Shown here piece after piece: positions 63,242 to 64,000 of a DNA stretch of 64,000 nt; the stretch's first letter is position 1; each line of letters begins with the position of its first letter. The position numbers and the translations under genes are program-made. A model generated the notes under the pieces. It saw nothing but the letters and a program-made list of their open reading frames with translations. It made no database searches and was not told the origin of the DNA. This DNA is from Heterodontus francisci (Eukaryota): positions 44,703,095-44,767,094 of the forward strand of contig NC_090403.1 of NCBI RefSeq assembly GCF_036365525.1, read 5' to 3'.

Positions 63242-64000
63242 GTACGTTTCAGTAATTGCGCAAGTTTTTTATTTTAACTCTTTCATCTTTCTGTTGTAGA
63301 GGAGATATATGAAGTATTTAAATAATTGACTCTCCGTACAGTGTGATTTAATCTTTAATTAGCTATTTGCATTTGATCAGATTACTCTTGGGTGGCGTTT
63401 GAGCATTAATGCAGTTAGTTTCTATAATTATGATTGTGATGACCTGTAGCAGGTTCTATTTGATCTGACAGTAATCAGCTGGACCATACTGTCTTTTTTT
63501 TTCAAGCTATTAATGAGAGTCTACTGAGGAGAGTTTCAAAACCAATAGCCGTTTTATGAGCTAGCTTATCATAAGCTTTTGTTTTCAATCCACACCAATT
63601 CATTTGAATTTGAGCCAATATATGTTCTAGTGGTCAATTTTCCTTTTGATGAGCTTCATTCATTGGCTTTCTTTTTGAAAAGAGAGGATGATACTTAAAC
63701 TTCATTTTCATACTTGCTTCAGGTCAGTTTATACACGACCACAGCAACAGCTCTCTGGAAACCCTTCCTAAATTATAGCAGTTAATCAAAAATGGGGCAA
63801 TTCGACTAACTGCCTACAAGAGTGTAAATTTGGGGCTCTCATTGATTGGTGAATTCAGCGCATGTTAATTCATGTATCTTATTTTACATTGTGGAAACTG
63901 TTAGCTTGCACAAGCTGCAAACTTGATAAGTATTTACCACTCTTTGATTTTCTTATTCCCTATATTTTATTTTTGTATAAATTACAAAAGAAACTCATCC

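Overview
Eukaryotic (vertebrate) genomic DNA, most likely a cartilaginous fish, inferred from an HE1-type V-SINE, CR1/HER1-like LINEs and abundant Penelope-like termini. 1-13.4 kb holds five intronless HSP30/HSPB9-like small heat-shock genes (-,+,-,+,-): two divergent pairs plus a singleton, each with HSE and TATA. Copy 4 carries nonsense codons, and the ~1.35 kb spacer of pair 2 is inverted relative to pair 1. 18.35-22.2 kb (minus) holds a complete three-exon RPL41 (25 aa) that the ORF track misses; it shares a ~350 bp bidirectional promoter with KAT2A. 22.56-63.24 kb (plus) holds KAT2A/GCN5 coding exons 1-17, with the last exon outside the window. Introns and intergenic DNA contain LINE fragments, Penelope-like remnants whose termini carry minimal hammerhead-ribozyme motifs, three solo LTRs, a Harbinger transposase relic, MITEs and SINEs. 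Exon coordinates were read by hand from splice sites; repeat boundaries are approximate unless a TSD is given.
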